A stretch of DNA of 64,000 bases from Marispirochaeta sp. (GTDB taxonomy: Bacteria; Spirochaetota; Spirochaetia; JC444; Marispirochaetaceae). The first letter of the stretch is position 1, and the number at the start of each line of letters is the position of its first letter. The position numbers and the translations under genes were made by a program. The stretch lies in the NCBI GenBank assembly GCA_963676835.2, contig CAXXFF010000002.1:1568001-1632000 (forward strand), given 5' to 3'. The notes under the pieces are model-generated. The model was not told the origin of the DNA. It was given only the letters and a program-made list of their open reading frames with translations, and searched no databases. Shown here one piece after another: positions 19,808 through 29,085 of the stretch.

Positions 19808-19845
19808 TCAAGAATAATCTTTCCTTCGAAATTTTCCAGTATTTC

Positions 19846-19891
19846 TTGACATCGGGAATCAAGTGATATATGTTAGTGAGTGATAACTAAC
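19846..19891 (+). promoter_or_regulatory. Sigma-70 promoter overlapped by a TetR operator
   Basis: TTGACA-17 bp-TATGTT; inverted repeat GTTAGT-N8-ACTAAC at 19872-19891. Confidence 0.75.
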
Positions 19892-19918
19892 CATGGGAAG
19901 AATGAAAGGACAAACGGT

Positions 19919-20497
19919 ATGAGGACAGAACGGCAGAGAGAACTGCTGAAAGCCGCAGTTTCAATAGTCTCGGAAGAAGGATTCAGCCGCCTGACTGTAA
20001 GAAAAGTAGCGTCTGCCGTTGGGGTAACAGAACCGGCGGTATACCGGCACTTCAACAGCAAACTGGATCTTCTTACCGCCATTATCGAGGATCTGCAGGA
20101 GGGGATAGCTCCCCATTTCAAGGGTATTGAAGACGGGGCGGACTCGCCGGAGGTTCTGTTTGACAGTTTTGTGAACGGACTCTTTTCGGTTTTGAAGAAG
20201 AACCCCGCTTTCGCTCCCCTGGTTTTTTCCGAGGAGGCATTTCATACGGAACCGGAGCTCAGGCCCATGCTCTTCCGTATGATGAGCTCAAATCTGAGAA
20301 TCCTGGCCGGGTCCCTGGAAAAAATGCAGCAGAAGGGCACTATCCGTAACGATGTCGCTGCATCGGAGCTTGCTCTTATGACCATGGGGGCCATACGGCT
20401 TACTATAACCAGGGTCCATTTAAGCGAAGGAAATCTCAGGCTTGCCGATCAGGCGGAAAAGCTTGCGAACCTTCTGGTAAAGCTGTGCAGAAAGTAA
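19919..20497 (+). CDS. TetR/AcrR family regulator
   Basis: HTH LTVRKVASAVGVTEPAVYRHF; AAAGGA RBS before ATG 19919. Confidence 0.92.
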   Translation: MRTERQRELLKAAVSIVSEEGFSRLTVRKVASAVGVTEPAVYRHFNSKLDLLTAIIEDLQEGIAPHFKGIEDGADSPEVLFDSFVNGLFSVLKKNPAFAPLVFSEEAFHTEPELRPMLFRMMSSNLRILAGSLEKMQQKGTIRNDVAASELALMTMGAIRLTITRVHLSEGNLRLADQAEKLANLLVKLCRK

Positions 20498-20514
20498 AAT
20501 TTTTTTCCATGGTT

Positions 20515-20534
20515 GTTAGTGAACGATAACTAAT
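20515..20534. promoter_or_regulatory. Second TetR operator copy, upstream of the MMPL gene
   Basis: GTTAGTGAACGATAACTAAT; 17/20 identical to 19872-19891. Confidence 0.75.
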
Positions 20535-20568
20535 TAACTGTGGTAATTGAATAAGAAGGAGAAAGATA

Positions 20569-22959
20569 ATGGACAAACCTGATGTGAAGCGAAAGGCGGG
20601 ACCTTTCCTGCTTCTTGCTTCGCTGCTGATTATTGCAGCGGTATTTATTCTTGCCATAGGCAGAAATGCCGTGCTGGAAACGGACCTGGATGAGTACATG
20701 CCGAAGGACCATCCCGCTTTTGTCTACAGCGATCAGGCGGAGGAACTTTTCGGGATTAAGGATGCGGTGCTTTTTGTGGTGGAACATGAAAAGAGCATCT
20801 ACAACAGCGGCTCCCTGGCAAAGATCCGGGACCTGACGGAAAAGCTGCCGGAGGTTTTTGATGAGATTAAACCCGGAGACATTACCTCTCTTTATACCGC
20901 GGAGAACATAACCGCCGATGAGTGGGGTCTTACGGTGGAGGCCTTCTATGATGATATTCCGGAATCGCAAGGCCAGCTGGACCGGTTGCAGCAGGCGGTG
21001 GAAAGTAACGATATGGTCCGGGGAAGAATCGTCAGTCTGGACGGACGTTCTTCCCTGATAATTGCGGAGATCGGTGACAATCTTTTTACTGCAGATTTTT
21101 ATGACAGGCTGCTTGAGTTTGCCGCTGAATGGGAAGGCCCGGAGAAGATTCACATTGCTGGACGGCCGGTGGTGGAAGGGGAAATGACAAAGCTCGGTCC
21201 CCGGGATATGGCCAGAATGGCACCCCTGGTATTCGTGCTTATGACCATTATTCTGCTTTTTCTGCTCAGAAACCTGCGCAACACCCTGCTGAACCTGCTG
21301 ATAGTCTTTTTCGGCACCTTGAGCGCCTTCGGTACCATGGCCCTGTTTCATGTTCCGGTCTACACCGTCAGCACCATGATACCGGTAATGCTGATCGCCA
21401 TAGGGGTTGCCGACGGCATTCACATGCATAACACAATTCGCCACCTGATGGTAAAAGAGCCCGGAATTTCGCGGGAGAATCTGGTACGCAAAACCATGCA
21501 GGCTATGACCAGGCCGGTAATCATGACGTCGGTTACCACCGCCGTAGGGTTTCTGTCGCTTATGACAAGCCAGGTGCTTCCGGTCCGTTATTTCGGCCTC
21601 TTCACTGCCCTCGGCGTGCTTGTAGAGATGTTAATGGCCCTGCTCCTCTTTCCCGCGTCTATCTATGTGCTGGGACCGCCGAAAATCAGGATCATGAATG
21701 CTGCCGCGGAGAGTGAAGGTCCCCATTCCGGCCGTCTGAGCAGACGTACAGGCTCGGTTTTAATGGGGCACCCCTTCCTGGTTATCCTGACAGGGGCCGC
21801 GGTATTTCTGCTGGCAGGAGCAGGGACCTCCCGGGTGTGGATCGATACCAGCTTTCTGGCCAATTTTCAGACCGACAGCGCCATTGTCCGGACTGACACC
21901 TTTGTAAACGACAATTTCGGCGGTACCTCATCGCTGAATGTGGTTCTGAGTTCCCGAACAGACGGTGTTTTCAAGGAGCCTGCAGTGCTCGAGTTGATGG
22001 ACGGGCTGCAGAAAGAGGTGGAGCAGGACCCGGTTGTGGGCGACAGTTTTTCCCTCGCAGATTATATCCGCCGCATGCACCGGGTCATGCACGAAGACGA
22101 TCCGGCCTTCGATGTAATCCCCGAAACCTCCGATATGGTGGCCCAGTATCTGCTTCTGTATGAAATGTCGGGAGATCCGGACAACCTGAATAAAGTAGTC
22201 GATTACGATTACCGGGAGGCGAACCTTACTTTTCAGTTGAAAAGCGACAGTTCTGCCAGGATGGAGGAGATTATTGCCGGAATCGATCCGTACCGGGAAG
22301 CTTTTGCCGCCCACGATATCGAAATCCGCTATGCCGGCAGCGGCTATAAATCACTGGTTTTCGCCACCCTGCTTTTGGAAGGGCAAATGTTCAGCCTGCT
22401 GCTCTCATTCGGCATCGTGGCACTGCTTCTTACCATCATGTTCCGAAACATCATTATCGGGCTTGCGGGAACCATACCCATTGCCGTGACGGCAATGATC
22501 AATTTCGGCACTATGGGGCTTCTCAATATTCCCTTGAGCGCTTCAACGGCAATTATTTCCGGCATCGCCATCGGTATCGGCGTGGATTATGCCATCCATT
22601 TTATCGAGCACTTCCGCAGCGAGCGCATAAAGGGACTTTCCGGCTTTGAGGCGGCAATTGAAACCCTTGGTAACACCGGCCGCTCCATTGTCTACAACGC
22701 AATCGCGGTTATGGGCGGTTTCTCGGTGCTGCTGGTAAGTGTTTTTCCACCGAACCGTCAGGTAGGCGGCCTGGTTGCACTGAACATGGCTGCCAGCGCG
22801 GCAGGGACCCTGACCCTGCTGCTTACCGTTCTTTATGTGCTGGATCGAAAAGGTAAAACAGGGACAATCCCGGAGTCATCTAAAACCCCCGAAACCAAAG
22901 GGAAACCCACGGTTACAACAACAGTCGACAACACAGCTGAAACAAAAGCTGAACAATAA
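20569..22959 (+). CDS. MMPL/RND family transporter
   Basis: Two repeats of TM plus periplasmic domain; AIGVADGIH and GIGVDYAIHF motifs. Confidence 0.9.
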   Translation: MDKPDVKRKAGPFLLLASLLIIAAVFILAIGRNAVLETDLDEYMPKDHPAFVYSDQAEELFGIKDAVLFVVEHEKSIYNSGSLAKIRDLTEKLPEVFDEIKPGDITSLYTAENITADEWGLTVEAFYDDIPESQGQLDRLQQAVESNDMVRGRIVSLDGRSSLIIAEIGDNLFTADFYDRLLEFAAEWEGPEKIHIAGRPVVEGEMTKLGPRDMARMAPLVFVLMTIILLFLLRNLRNTLLNLLIVFFGTLSAFGTMALFHVPVYTVSTMIPVMLIAIGVADGIHMHNTIRHLMVKEPGISRENLVRKTMQAMTRPVIMTSVTTAVGFLSLMTSQVLPVRYFGLFTALGVLVEMLMALLLFPASIYVLGPPKIRIMNAAAESEGPHSGRLSRRTGSVLMGHPFLVILTGAAVFLLAGAGTSRVWIDTSFLANFQTDSAIVRTDTFVNDNFGGTSSLNVVLSSRTDGVFKEPAVLELMDGLQKEVEQDPVVGDSFSLADYIRRMHRVMHEDDPAFDVIPETSDMVAQYLLLYEMSGDPDNLNKVVDYDYREANLTFQLKSDSSARMEEIIAGIDPYREAFAAHDIEIRYAGSGYKSLVFATLLLEGQMFSLLLSFGIVALLLTIMFRNIIIGLAGTIPIAVTAMINFGTMGLLNIPLSASTAIISGIAIGIGVDYAIHFIEHFRSERIKGLSGFEAAIETLGNTGRSIVYNAIAVMGGFSVLLVSVFPPNRQVGGLVALNMAASAAGTLTLLLTVLYVLDRKGKTGTIPESSKTPETKGKPTVTTTVDNTAETKAEQ

Positions 22960-22978
22960 ATTTTTAAGGAGATCTGTT

Positions 22979-23770
22979 ATGAACACCAAGCACACATCGA
23001 CCATTTTTATCATTCTGAGCCTGCTGCTTATTGCGGCAGTTTCTTCCGGCCTGTTCGCTGAGACCGGCCTCGAGGTTATGCAGAACGTGAACAACCGTCC
23101 GGTGGGTGAAAACATGAGCGCCGAACTGGTTATGACCATTACCAACTCCCGGGGGGCGGCACGGGAACGGAGTATTGCGCAGTACAGCCGGGATTTCGGC
23201 GAGTCGGAAAAAAAGGTGATGTTCTTCACCGCCCCGGCGGATGTGCGGGACACCAGCTTCATGACCTGGTCCTGGGATGACGGCCGCGACGATGACCAGT
23301 GGATCTATCTGCCGGCCCTGCGCAGGGTAAAGCGTATCAGCTCGGACAGCAAGAACGACTCTTTTATGGGTTCCGACTTTACCTACGACGATCTGGGCGA
23401 ACGGCATCCATCTGAGGACAGTCACCGGATTATCGGCGAAGAGACAATCGACGGCAATGACTGCTTTATTATCGAAAGTACTCCCGTTACCGGAAGCGAT
23501 GCCTTCAGCAAAACAATCAGCTGGATCATCAGGGGAAAATGGATCGGCTTGAAGAAGGAGTTCTACGATCGAAACGGGAACGTGTACAAGGAGCTCTCCA
23601 TCGATGCTTTCGAGAAGATAGACGGCTATTGGATTGTGACCGACATGACCATGACCGACTCCGGCCGGGGCAGTTCAACCCGTATTCAGATGAATGATGT
23701 CAGGTTCTCTATTTCTCTGTCGGACTCCTTTTTTACCGAACGTCAGATGAAAATGGGTCCCGGGAGGTAG
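22979..23770 (+). CDS. LolA-like outer membrane lipoprotein-sorting protein
   Basis: Signal peptide; PADVRDT, DDQWIYLPALRRVKRIS, SFMGSDFTYDD. Confidence 0.88.
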   Translation: MNTKHTSTIFIILSLLLIAAVSSGLFAETGLEVMQNVNNRPVGENMSAELVMTITNSRGAARERSIAQYSRDFGESEKKVMFFTAPADVRDTSFMTWSWDDGRDDDQWIYLPALRRVKRISSDSKNDSFMGSDFTYDDLGERHPSEDSHRIIGEETIDGNDCFIIESTPVTGSDAFSKTISWIIRGKWIGLKKEFYDRNGNVYKELSIDAFEKIDGYWIVTDMTMTDSGRGSSTRIQMNDVRFSISLSDSFFTERQMKMGPGR

Positions 23771-24967
23771 ATGATGAAAAATGGTAAAATGACTGCCTTT
23801 CTGCTGTCTTTTCTTGTGGTCTTTTCCCTGTCCCTGTTTGCGGGAGATATTGAAATGACTGGTATGGTCCGAAGCTATACCGGTGCCCGCCCTGCGGAAG
23901 GGGATGTTCCGGTAACTGAGCAGACTGTAGACCTGACCCTGCAGGGGTATGGTGAGTTGACCAGGATTACCGTTAATCCCTATGTTTATCTAAATCCTGA
24001 TGTCGATCCCGAGATAGGGGTACGGGAAGCTTATATCGACATTTTTTTTCCCTTTGTGGACCTTCGAATCGGCAAACAGACGGTTGTCTGGGGTGAGGCC
24101 GAAGGGGCATTCATTACCGATGTGGTCAGCCCTCAGGATATGCGCTCCTTTATTCTGGCAGACTTCAGGGAGGTCCGCATGGGCGTCACCGCCCTGAAAG
24201 CGGACTGGTATGCCGGCCCCTTTACCGTAGAGACAGTCTGGCTGCCCCGCTTTGTGCCCGCCGGTCGGCCCGATGTCGGTTCCATCTGGTATACGGACGA
24301 AATGACCCTGCTGAGCGGCGCCTCCCTGCCCGACGGCAGACTGGAGAACAGCGAGGCATTCGGTAAAATCAGCTATTTCGGTTCGGCGCTGAATGCCGAG
24401 TTTATGGCAGGTTACGCCTGGGATGATCAGCCGGTGTTAACCGGATCCCTTTCCTCTCCGGATGCTGTCTACCGACGCTATGCCCTTACCGGCGGTAGTC
24501 TGAGTACAACCCTGGGACCACTGGTGCTGCGTTCCGAGGGAGCGGTCTACCTTGACCGGGATTTTACCGCCCTTACCGGACCTGGAACCATTGAAGCTCT
24601 GGAGCATAACCAGATACATGGCCTCGGCGGGCTGGACTGGAGCTTTCTGGGTACAGACATGTCTGTGCAGTATATCGCCGATTATATTATTGACTATGAC
24701 GATCGTATTCAACGGGATGAATATTCACAGACAGCGACATTCCGTGTTCGCGACAGCTATCTGTCCGATACCCTGGACCTCGAGCTTTTCGTCTATCTTG
24801 GAATCGATCCCTGGGATGCGCTGCTGCGGCCCTCTATGACATACAGTATTGAGGACGGAGTTGATCTCAAAGCGGGGGCGGAAATTTTCGTCGGTGATGA
24901 AGACGGCCGTTTTGGAACCTACCGGGATAACACCATGCTCTTTGCTTCTATTAGCTGGTATTTTTAA
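23771..24967 (+). CDS. Outer-membrane beta-barrel protein (DUF1302-like)
   Basis: Signal peptide; REAYID..DLRIGKQTVVWG; terminal aromatic SWYF. Confidence 0.75.
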   Translation: MMKNGKMTAFLLSFLVVFSLSLFAGDIEMTGMVRSYTGARPAEGDVPVTEQTVDLTLQGYGELTRITVNPYVYLNPDVDPEIGVREAYIDIFFPFVDLRIGKQTVVWGEAEGAFITDVVSPQDMRSFILADFREVRMGVTALKADWYAGPFTVETVWLPRFVPAGRPDVGSIWYTDEMTLLSGASLPDGRLENSEAFGKISYFGSALNAEFMAGYAWDDQPVLTGSLSSPDAVYRRYALTGGSLSTTLGPLVLRSEGAVYLDRDFTALTGPGTIEALEHNQIHGLGGLDWSFLGTDMSVQYIADYIIDYDDRIQRDEYSQTATFRVRDSYLSDTLDLELFVYLGIDPWDALLRPSMTYSIEDGVDLKAGAEIFVGDEDGRFGTYRDNTMLFASISWYF

Positions 24968-24986
24968 TTATATACAGGAGGAGAAT

Positions 24987-25305
24987 ATGAACATAATACG
25001 GCCTGAACAGATTGGGAACGCATCTAAAAAAGGCAAAAGTGTCCGCAAAAAAGATGCTGGTCAAGGATGAAGTGGAAGCGGTTCACCTGCAGATTGAAGA
25101 AGGCGGTTCGCTGCCTGTTCATACAACCCCGGTGGAAGTTTTCTTCTATGTGCTGGAAGGGGAGGGCGAAATCGAAATAGGGGATGAACGGACGGCGGTA
25201 ACAGTCGATACCATGGTGGAGAGCCCGAAAATGATACCCCATGGGCTGCGCAACACCGGCAGCGGACCATTTCGGGTGCTGGTTGTGAAGACTCCCCTGC
25301 CATAG
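24987..25305 (+). pseudogene. Cupin domain protein split by a +1 frameshift in an A6 run
   Basis: AGGAGGAG RBS and ATG 24987 give MNIIRPEQIGNASKK and then a stop at 25070. The cupin motifs (HTTP..FYVLEGEG, PHGLRN) are in the +1 frame. Removing one A at 25026-25031 fuses the two. Confidence 0.7.
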
Positions 25306-25349
25306 GCTGTGCGCTTGCCTGTTTCCCTTGTGGCGGATACTATCGGTAT

Positions 25350-26315
25350 ATGAAAAGTGAATATGCACGGCGTCTCAATCGCGTTATAGATTACATTAAT
25401 CACAATCTTGGTGAAGATCTCAGTCTTGATCATCTTGCTGAGATAGCAAATTTCAGTAAGTTCCATTTTCATCGTATTTTCTCTGCCGAAACAGGCGAAT
25501 CTCTGGGCGCATATATTCAGCGTCTTCGACTAGAGAAATCGGCCGGTCTGCTGGTTGCCCTGATCGAGAATCCCATTACGGAAATTGCCCATATTTGCGG
25601 TTTTTCTTCTTCTGCCGTATTCAGCCGGGCCTTTCGGGAATGTTTCGGCATGACTCCCAGGGACTGGCGTGCCGGAAGACATGAAGAGCACAGCAAGAAT
25701 TGCAAAATCCAGAGCAACCGTTATCCGACAATAAGCAAGTACCGGGAAGCAAGTAAGGTATTACCAGTGTACGGTAAAGGTACACCATTACACTGGAGGA
25801 TTAATATGAAAAGAAGTACCGGAGACCTTGAATACCAGGTTGTAGTCAATGAGCTATCTGCGAAAAACGTGGCCTATGTACGGCATACCGGGCCGTATGC
25901 CGGCGATGCTGAACTTTTTGGTTCACTCTTCGGGAGGCTTATGAAGTGGGCCGGCCCCAGAGATCTCTTTGTTCCCGGGGAGACTGAGTTTCTTACCATC
26001 TATCACGATTCACCGGATGTTACGGAAGAGGAAAAACTCCGGATCAGTGTGTGCATGACTGTGCCTGAGGGAACTGAGGCTTCCGGTGAGGTTGGTACAA
26101 TGGTAGTTCCGGGAGGCAAATATGCTGTAGCAGAGTTCCGTATTGGCATTGAGGAGTATGGAGATGCCTGGAACAGCCTTTGCGGGGTCTGGCTTCCGGA
26201 AAGCGGTTATCAGTTCGCCGATGGTCCGGTCTTTGAACTCTATCTCAACGATCCTGAGCAGGATCCGGAACACAAGCACCATATAGCCATCCATCTCCCG
26301 GTTCAGCCTTTATAA
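25350..26315 (+). CDS. AraC family regulator with a GyrI-like effector domain
   Basis: SKFHFHRIF, CGFSSSAVFSRAF, RHTGPY, WLPESGY. Confidence 0.92.
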   Translation: MKSEYARRLNRVIDYINHNLGEDLSLDHLAEIANFSKFHFHRIFSAETGESLGAYIQRLRLEKSAGLLVALIENPITEIAHICGFSSSAVFSRAFRECFGMTPRDWRAGRHEEHSKNCKIQSNRYPTISKYREASKVLPVYGKGTPLHWRINMKRSTGDLEYQVVVNELSAKNVAYVRHTGPYAGDAELFGSLFGRLMKWAGPRDLFVPGETEFLTIYHDSPDVTEEEKLRISVCMTVPEGTEASGEVGTMVVPGGKYAVAEFRIGIEEYGDAWNSLCGVWLPESGYQFADGPVFELYLNDPEQDPEHKHHIAIHLPVQPL

Positions 26316-26347
26316 GGGAACATTTACATTTAAAAAAAACATGGACT

Positions 26348-26378
26348 GTCTCCCGGTTTTTCTACCGGGGGACTTTAT
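26348..26378 (+). terminator. Intrinsic terminator-like hairpin
   Basis: GTCTCCCGGT / ACCGGGGGAC stem followed by TTTAT, between convergent genes. Confidence 0.55.
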
Positions 26379-26407
26379 GGCCGCTGCTATTGAGAACAGA
26401 AATATGA

Positions 26408-26578
26408 CTATTTATTCAGGAATGAGAGTACGTCGTCTTTAGACATGTTCAGCATAGATGCTATCTTTTCTACAGAATAGCCGTTGCTTTTAAGTTTTTT
26501 GATTGTTTCGGCAACGCCTTCTTCTCTCACTTCTGCAAGAAGTTCCTTTTTGTATGCTTCCAGTTTTGTTGCAAACAT
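26408..26578 (-). CDS. Putative RpnS-like small C-terminal protein from an internal start (56 aa)
   Basis: GGAGGAG-6 nt-ATG inside rpn, giving MFATKLEAYKKELLAEVREEG..GYSVEKIASMLNMSKDDV. Confidence 0.6.
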   Translation of the reverse strand: MFATKLEAYKKELLAEVREEGVAETIKKLKSNGYSVEKIASMLNMSKDDVLSFLNK

Positions 26579-26951
26579 CGCTTTCTCCTCCAGAATATTC
26601 TGGAATTTATTGCTTAATCCTGTATTTACGGCTATTTCATCGATCCCGTCAAAGTAGTTATAGAACCAGTTGCAGAATTCGTTGACTACCTCAAGATTTT
26701 CGTCAGCAATGATCCTGAATAACTCATCTATACTAAATAATAACTCTTGAGGACTGGAATTTTCAACATAGAACACAGCAGCTACAGCATTCCTTATACT
26801 TTTCATCGATATAACTTTTATCCCAACGTTTCAGGGACGAGAAGTCGAGTTCTTTGATGAAGTCTTCATGTACAAAGGATTCAATTAATTTCTGCAGGAA
26901 ATACGGTTGTGAGAATAGCCGTTTATATCTTTTGTCGTGTTCAAATGCCAT
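26408..26951 (-). pseudogene. Rpn (YhgA-like PD-(D/E)XK nuclease/putative transposase) gene with internal deletion and frameshift
   Basis: N-terminus HDKRYKRLFS..LIESFVHEDFIKELDFSSLKR.DKSYI, then a jump of frame to the C-terminal SIRNAVAAVFYVEN part; the nuclease core is missing; AT-rich. Confidence 0.8.
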
Positions 26952-27058
26952 ATACAGATATATAACCACGGAATAGATCTGTCGCTTCAAGTATAGTGGC
27001 TACGCAATGTCGAAACCTCATTCCGGCGGATGTAACTGCCATTTATATCGATTGCTAC

Positions 27059-27116
27059 TTGACTTCCCCTCCTTTTAACCGTATAGATTAACCAAGTGGT
27101 TAAAACGGGAGGTTAA
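27059..27116 (+). promoter_or_regulatory. Promoter with TetR operator(s)
   Basis: TTGACT -35; palindrome TTAACC-AAGT-GGTTAA at 27088-27103, flanked by further TTAACC/GGTTAA half-sites. Confidence 0.65.
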
Positions 27117-27121
27117 ACCTT

Positions 27122-27784
27122 ATGGTACGACCCATGGACAGCAAAGCCGAGGAGCAGATACTTGAAGCTGCCTACACGGTTATTCTCCGCCGCGGTAAAG
27201 CCGGGGCCCGGATGCAGGAAATTGCCGACGAGGCGGGGGTAAACAAAGCCCTTCTGCATTACTATTTCCGTTCCAAAGACAAAATTTATACAGCAATTCT
27301 CGGCAAGGTTATCCGGGAGGTTCTGGGGACCCTGCTTCGGAAGATAGACTTTAATACTCCCATTGAAGAGTTTGTCCGCGGCTTTGTTTCAGGCCATATA
27401 AATGCAATAAAGCAGAATCAGCGGATGTTTCAGTTTTTCCTTGCAGAAATCTGGCTCAACCCCGAGGAGGTTATCCCAACCTTCAGGGAAGTTATTTCTG
27501 ATTCCAGGGGTAACCTGCTGGAACTTTTCAACAACAGAATACAGCTGGCCATTGAAGAAAAAGAGATACGGCCGGTGGATCCCCGGCATCTTCTGATCAA
27601 TGTACTCAGTCTGGATGTCTTCTATTTCCTCGGGACTCCCATTTTCACTGCAGTAATGGAGATGAATGAGGCACAGGTGAAAGAGATGTCGGAAGAACGG
27701 GCAGCCCGGGTGGTGGATTTTGTCTGGGAATCCATCCGCTACAGGGAAGGGGCCATCAGTGCAAACGGAGGAGAGCCGGCATGA
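27122..27784 (+). CDS. TetR/AcrR family regulator
   Basis: ARMQEIADEAGVNKALLHYYFRSKD. Confidence 0.92.
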   Translation: MVRPMDSKAEEQILEAAYTVILRRGKAGARMQEIADEAGVNKALLHYYFRSKDKIYTAILGKVIREVLGTLLRKIDFNTPIEEFVRGFVSGHINAIKQNQRMFQFFLAEIWLNPEEVIPTFREVISDSRGNLLELFNNRIQLAIEEKEIRPVDPRHLLINVLSLDVFYFLGTPIFTAVMEMNEAQVKEMSEERAARVVDFVWESIRYREGAISANGGEPA

Positions 27785-29085
27785 AGAAACTGTTATCTGC
27801 CGCAGCTTTTCTGCTGCTGTTTTCATCCATCTATGGAGATATATACAGCCTTAAGGATCTTCTCCCCACAGCGGTTTCGGAAGATGCTGAAATGAGAAGG
27901 CTTGCAGCTTCCAACGACGAAGCCCGTTCCAGAATAAGTCAGGCAAAGGGTACTTTTTCCCCCAGAGTTGATTTTTCCGCCCAGGCAGCCTTCATCTCGG
28001 AACTGCCTGAAGCGACCATAGGGCCTACCACGATAACTGCCGGTGTGAATGATACCTACGCCACGGCCCTGACGGCAAAACAGCTGATCTTCTCCGGTTT
28101 TGCCCGGGGGGCGGCGGTAAAAAGTGCGGAAAACAGTCTGGCTCTGGGAAGGTTTCAGGCTGAGAGCCGAGCCGATTCCGTCCGCTTCTCTCTGGTGCAG
28201 GCTGCCTACTCCCTCAATCTTGCAGATCTTTCTGTGGAGTCCCTGGAGGCAAGCCTTGCAAGGCTTGAGCTCAACCGTCGCAAGGTAAACTCCTTTTTTC
28301 AGCAGGGATTCAGCTCCGAACTGGATCTTCTGGAAATGGATTCCGCCGTAACGGAGCTCCAGCTTAAGCTCAGGAGTCTGAAAGCAGAACGGGAGTCCGC
28401 CCTGATCCGTCTGCGCCAAATCAGCGGTAAGGAAGATCTTCAGGGGCTGACTATTGATACGGAGTATCTGACGCTGCCGGATAAGGCCCGGCTGCAGTCC
28501 GGAAATGCGGACCTGAGGGAAAACCAGGCTTTTCAGGCTACAGATTACTCTCTGAGGGCTCTTGAAATCAGCAGGACCATAGACCGTGCCGGCTGGTCTC
28601 CTGTGGTGAGCGCCTTCGGCAGTCTCAATTACGGACGTCCCGGGGCCAATACCTTCTCCGACCAGTGGCAGTTTTATTACAAAGGAGGCCTGGAAGTCTC
28701 TTTCAATCTCTGGGACGGTGGAGACCGGTCCAACGCCGCAGGAATCACTGAAGCCAGAATAAAGGCCCTTGATGCCCGGCGGGATGCCCTGCTAACCGAC
28801 CTTGAGAGCAGCAGCGACCAGATGCTGGAGGCATTAAATGCCCTTCAGGACCAGTATGGTACAACGGAAAATCTGCTCAGCCAGAAAAAGCGTAAATACA
28901 CCCTGGTTCAGGAACTCTGGCAGGCAGGACAGAAAAGCACCATCGATGTACTCGCCGCTGAACAGGAGTTTACCGAAGCGGATATAAGTCTCAAGACCAT
29001 ACGTATACAGCTGCTGTCGCTGTATCAGGATTTTCTCAAACTGACTAATCAACCTCTCTGGAGTGAAGGAGTCTCCCATGAATAA
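27781..29085 (+). CDS. TolC family outer-membrane efflux protein
   Basis: Signal peptide, repeated OEP coiled coils, P.V/FNLWDGG motifs. Confidence 0.85.
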   Translation: MKKLLSAAAFLLLFSSIYGDIYSLKDLLPTAVSEDAEMRRLAASNDEARSRISQAKGTFSPRVDFSAQAAFISELPEATIGPTTITAGVNDTYATALTAKQLIFSGFARGAAVKSAENSLALGRFQAESRADSVRFSLVQAAYSLNLADLSVESLEASLARLELNRRKVNSFFQQGFSSELDLLEMDSAVTELQLKLRSLKAERESALIRLRQISGKEDLQGLTIDTEYLTLPDKARLQSGNADLRENQAFQATDYSLRALEISRTIDRAGWSPVVSAFGSLNYGRPGANTFSDQWQFYYKGGLEVSFNLWDGGDRSNAAGITEARIKALDARRDALLTDLESSSDQMLEALNALQDQYGTTENLLSQKKRKYTLVQELWQAGQKSTIDVLAAEQEFTEADISLKTIRIQLLSLYQDFLKLTNQPLWSEGVSHE

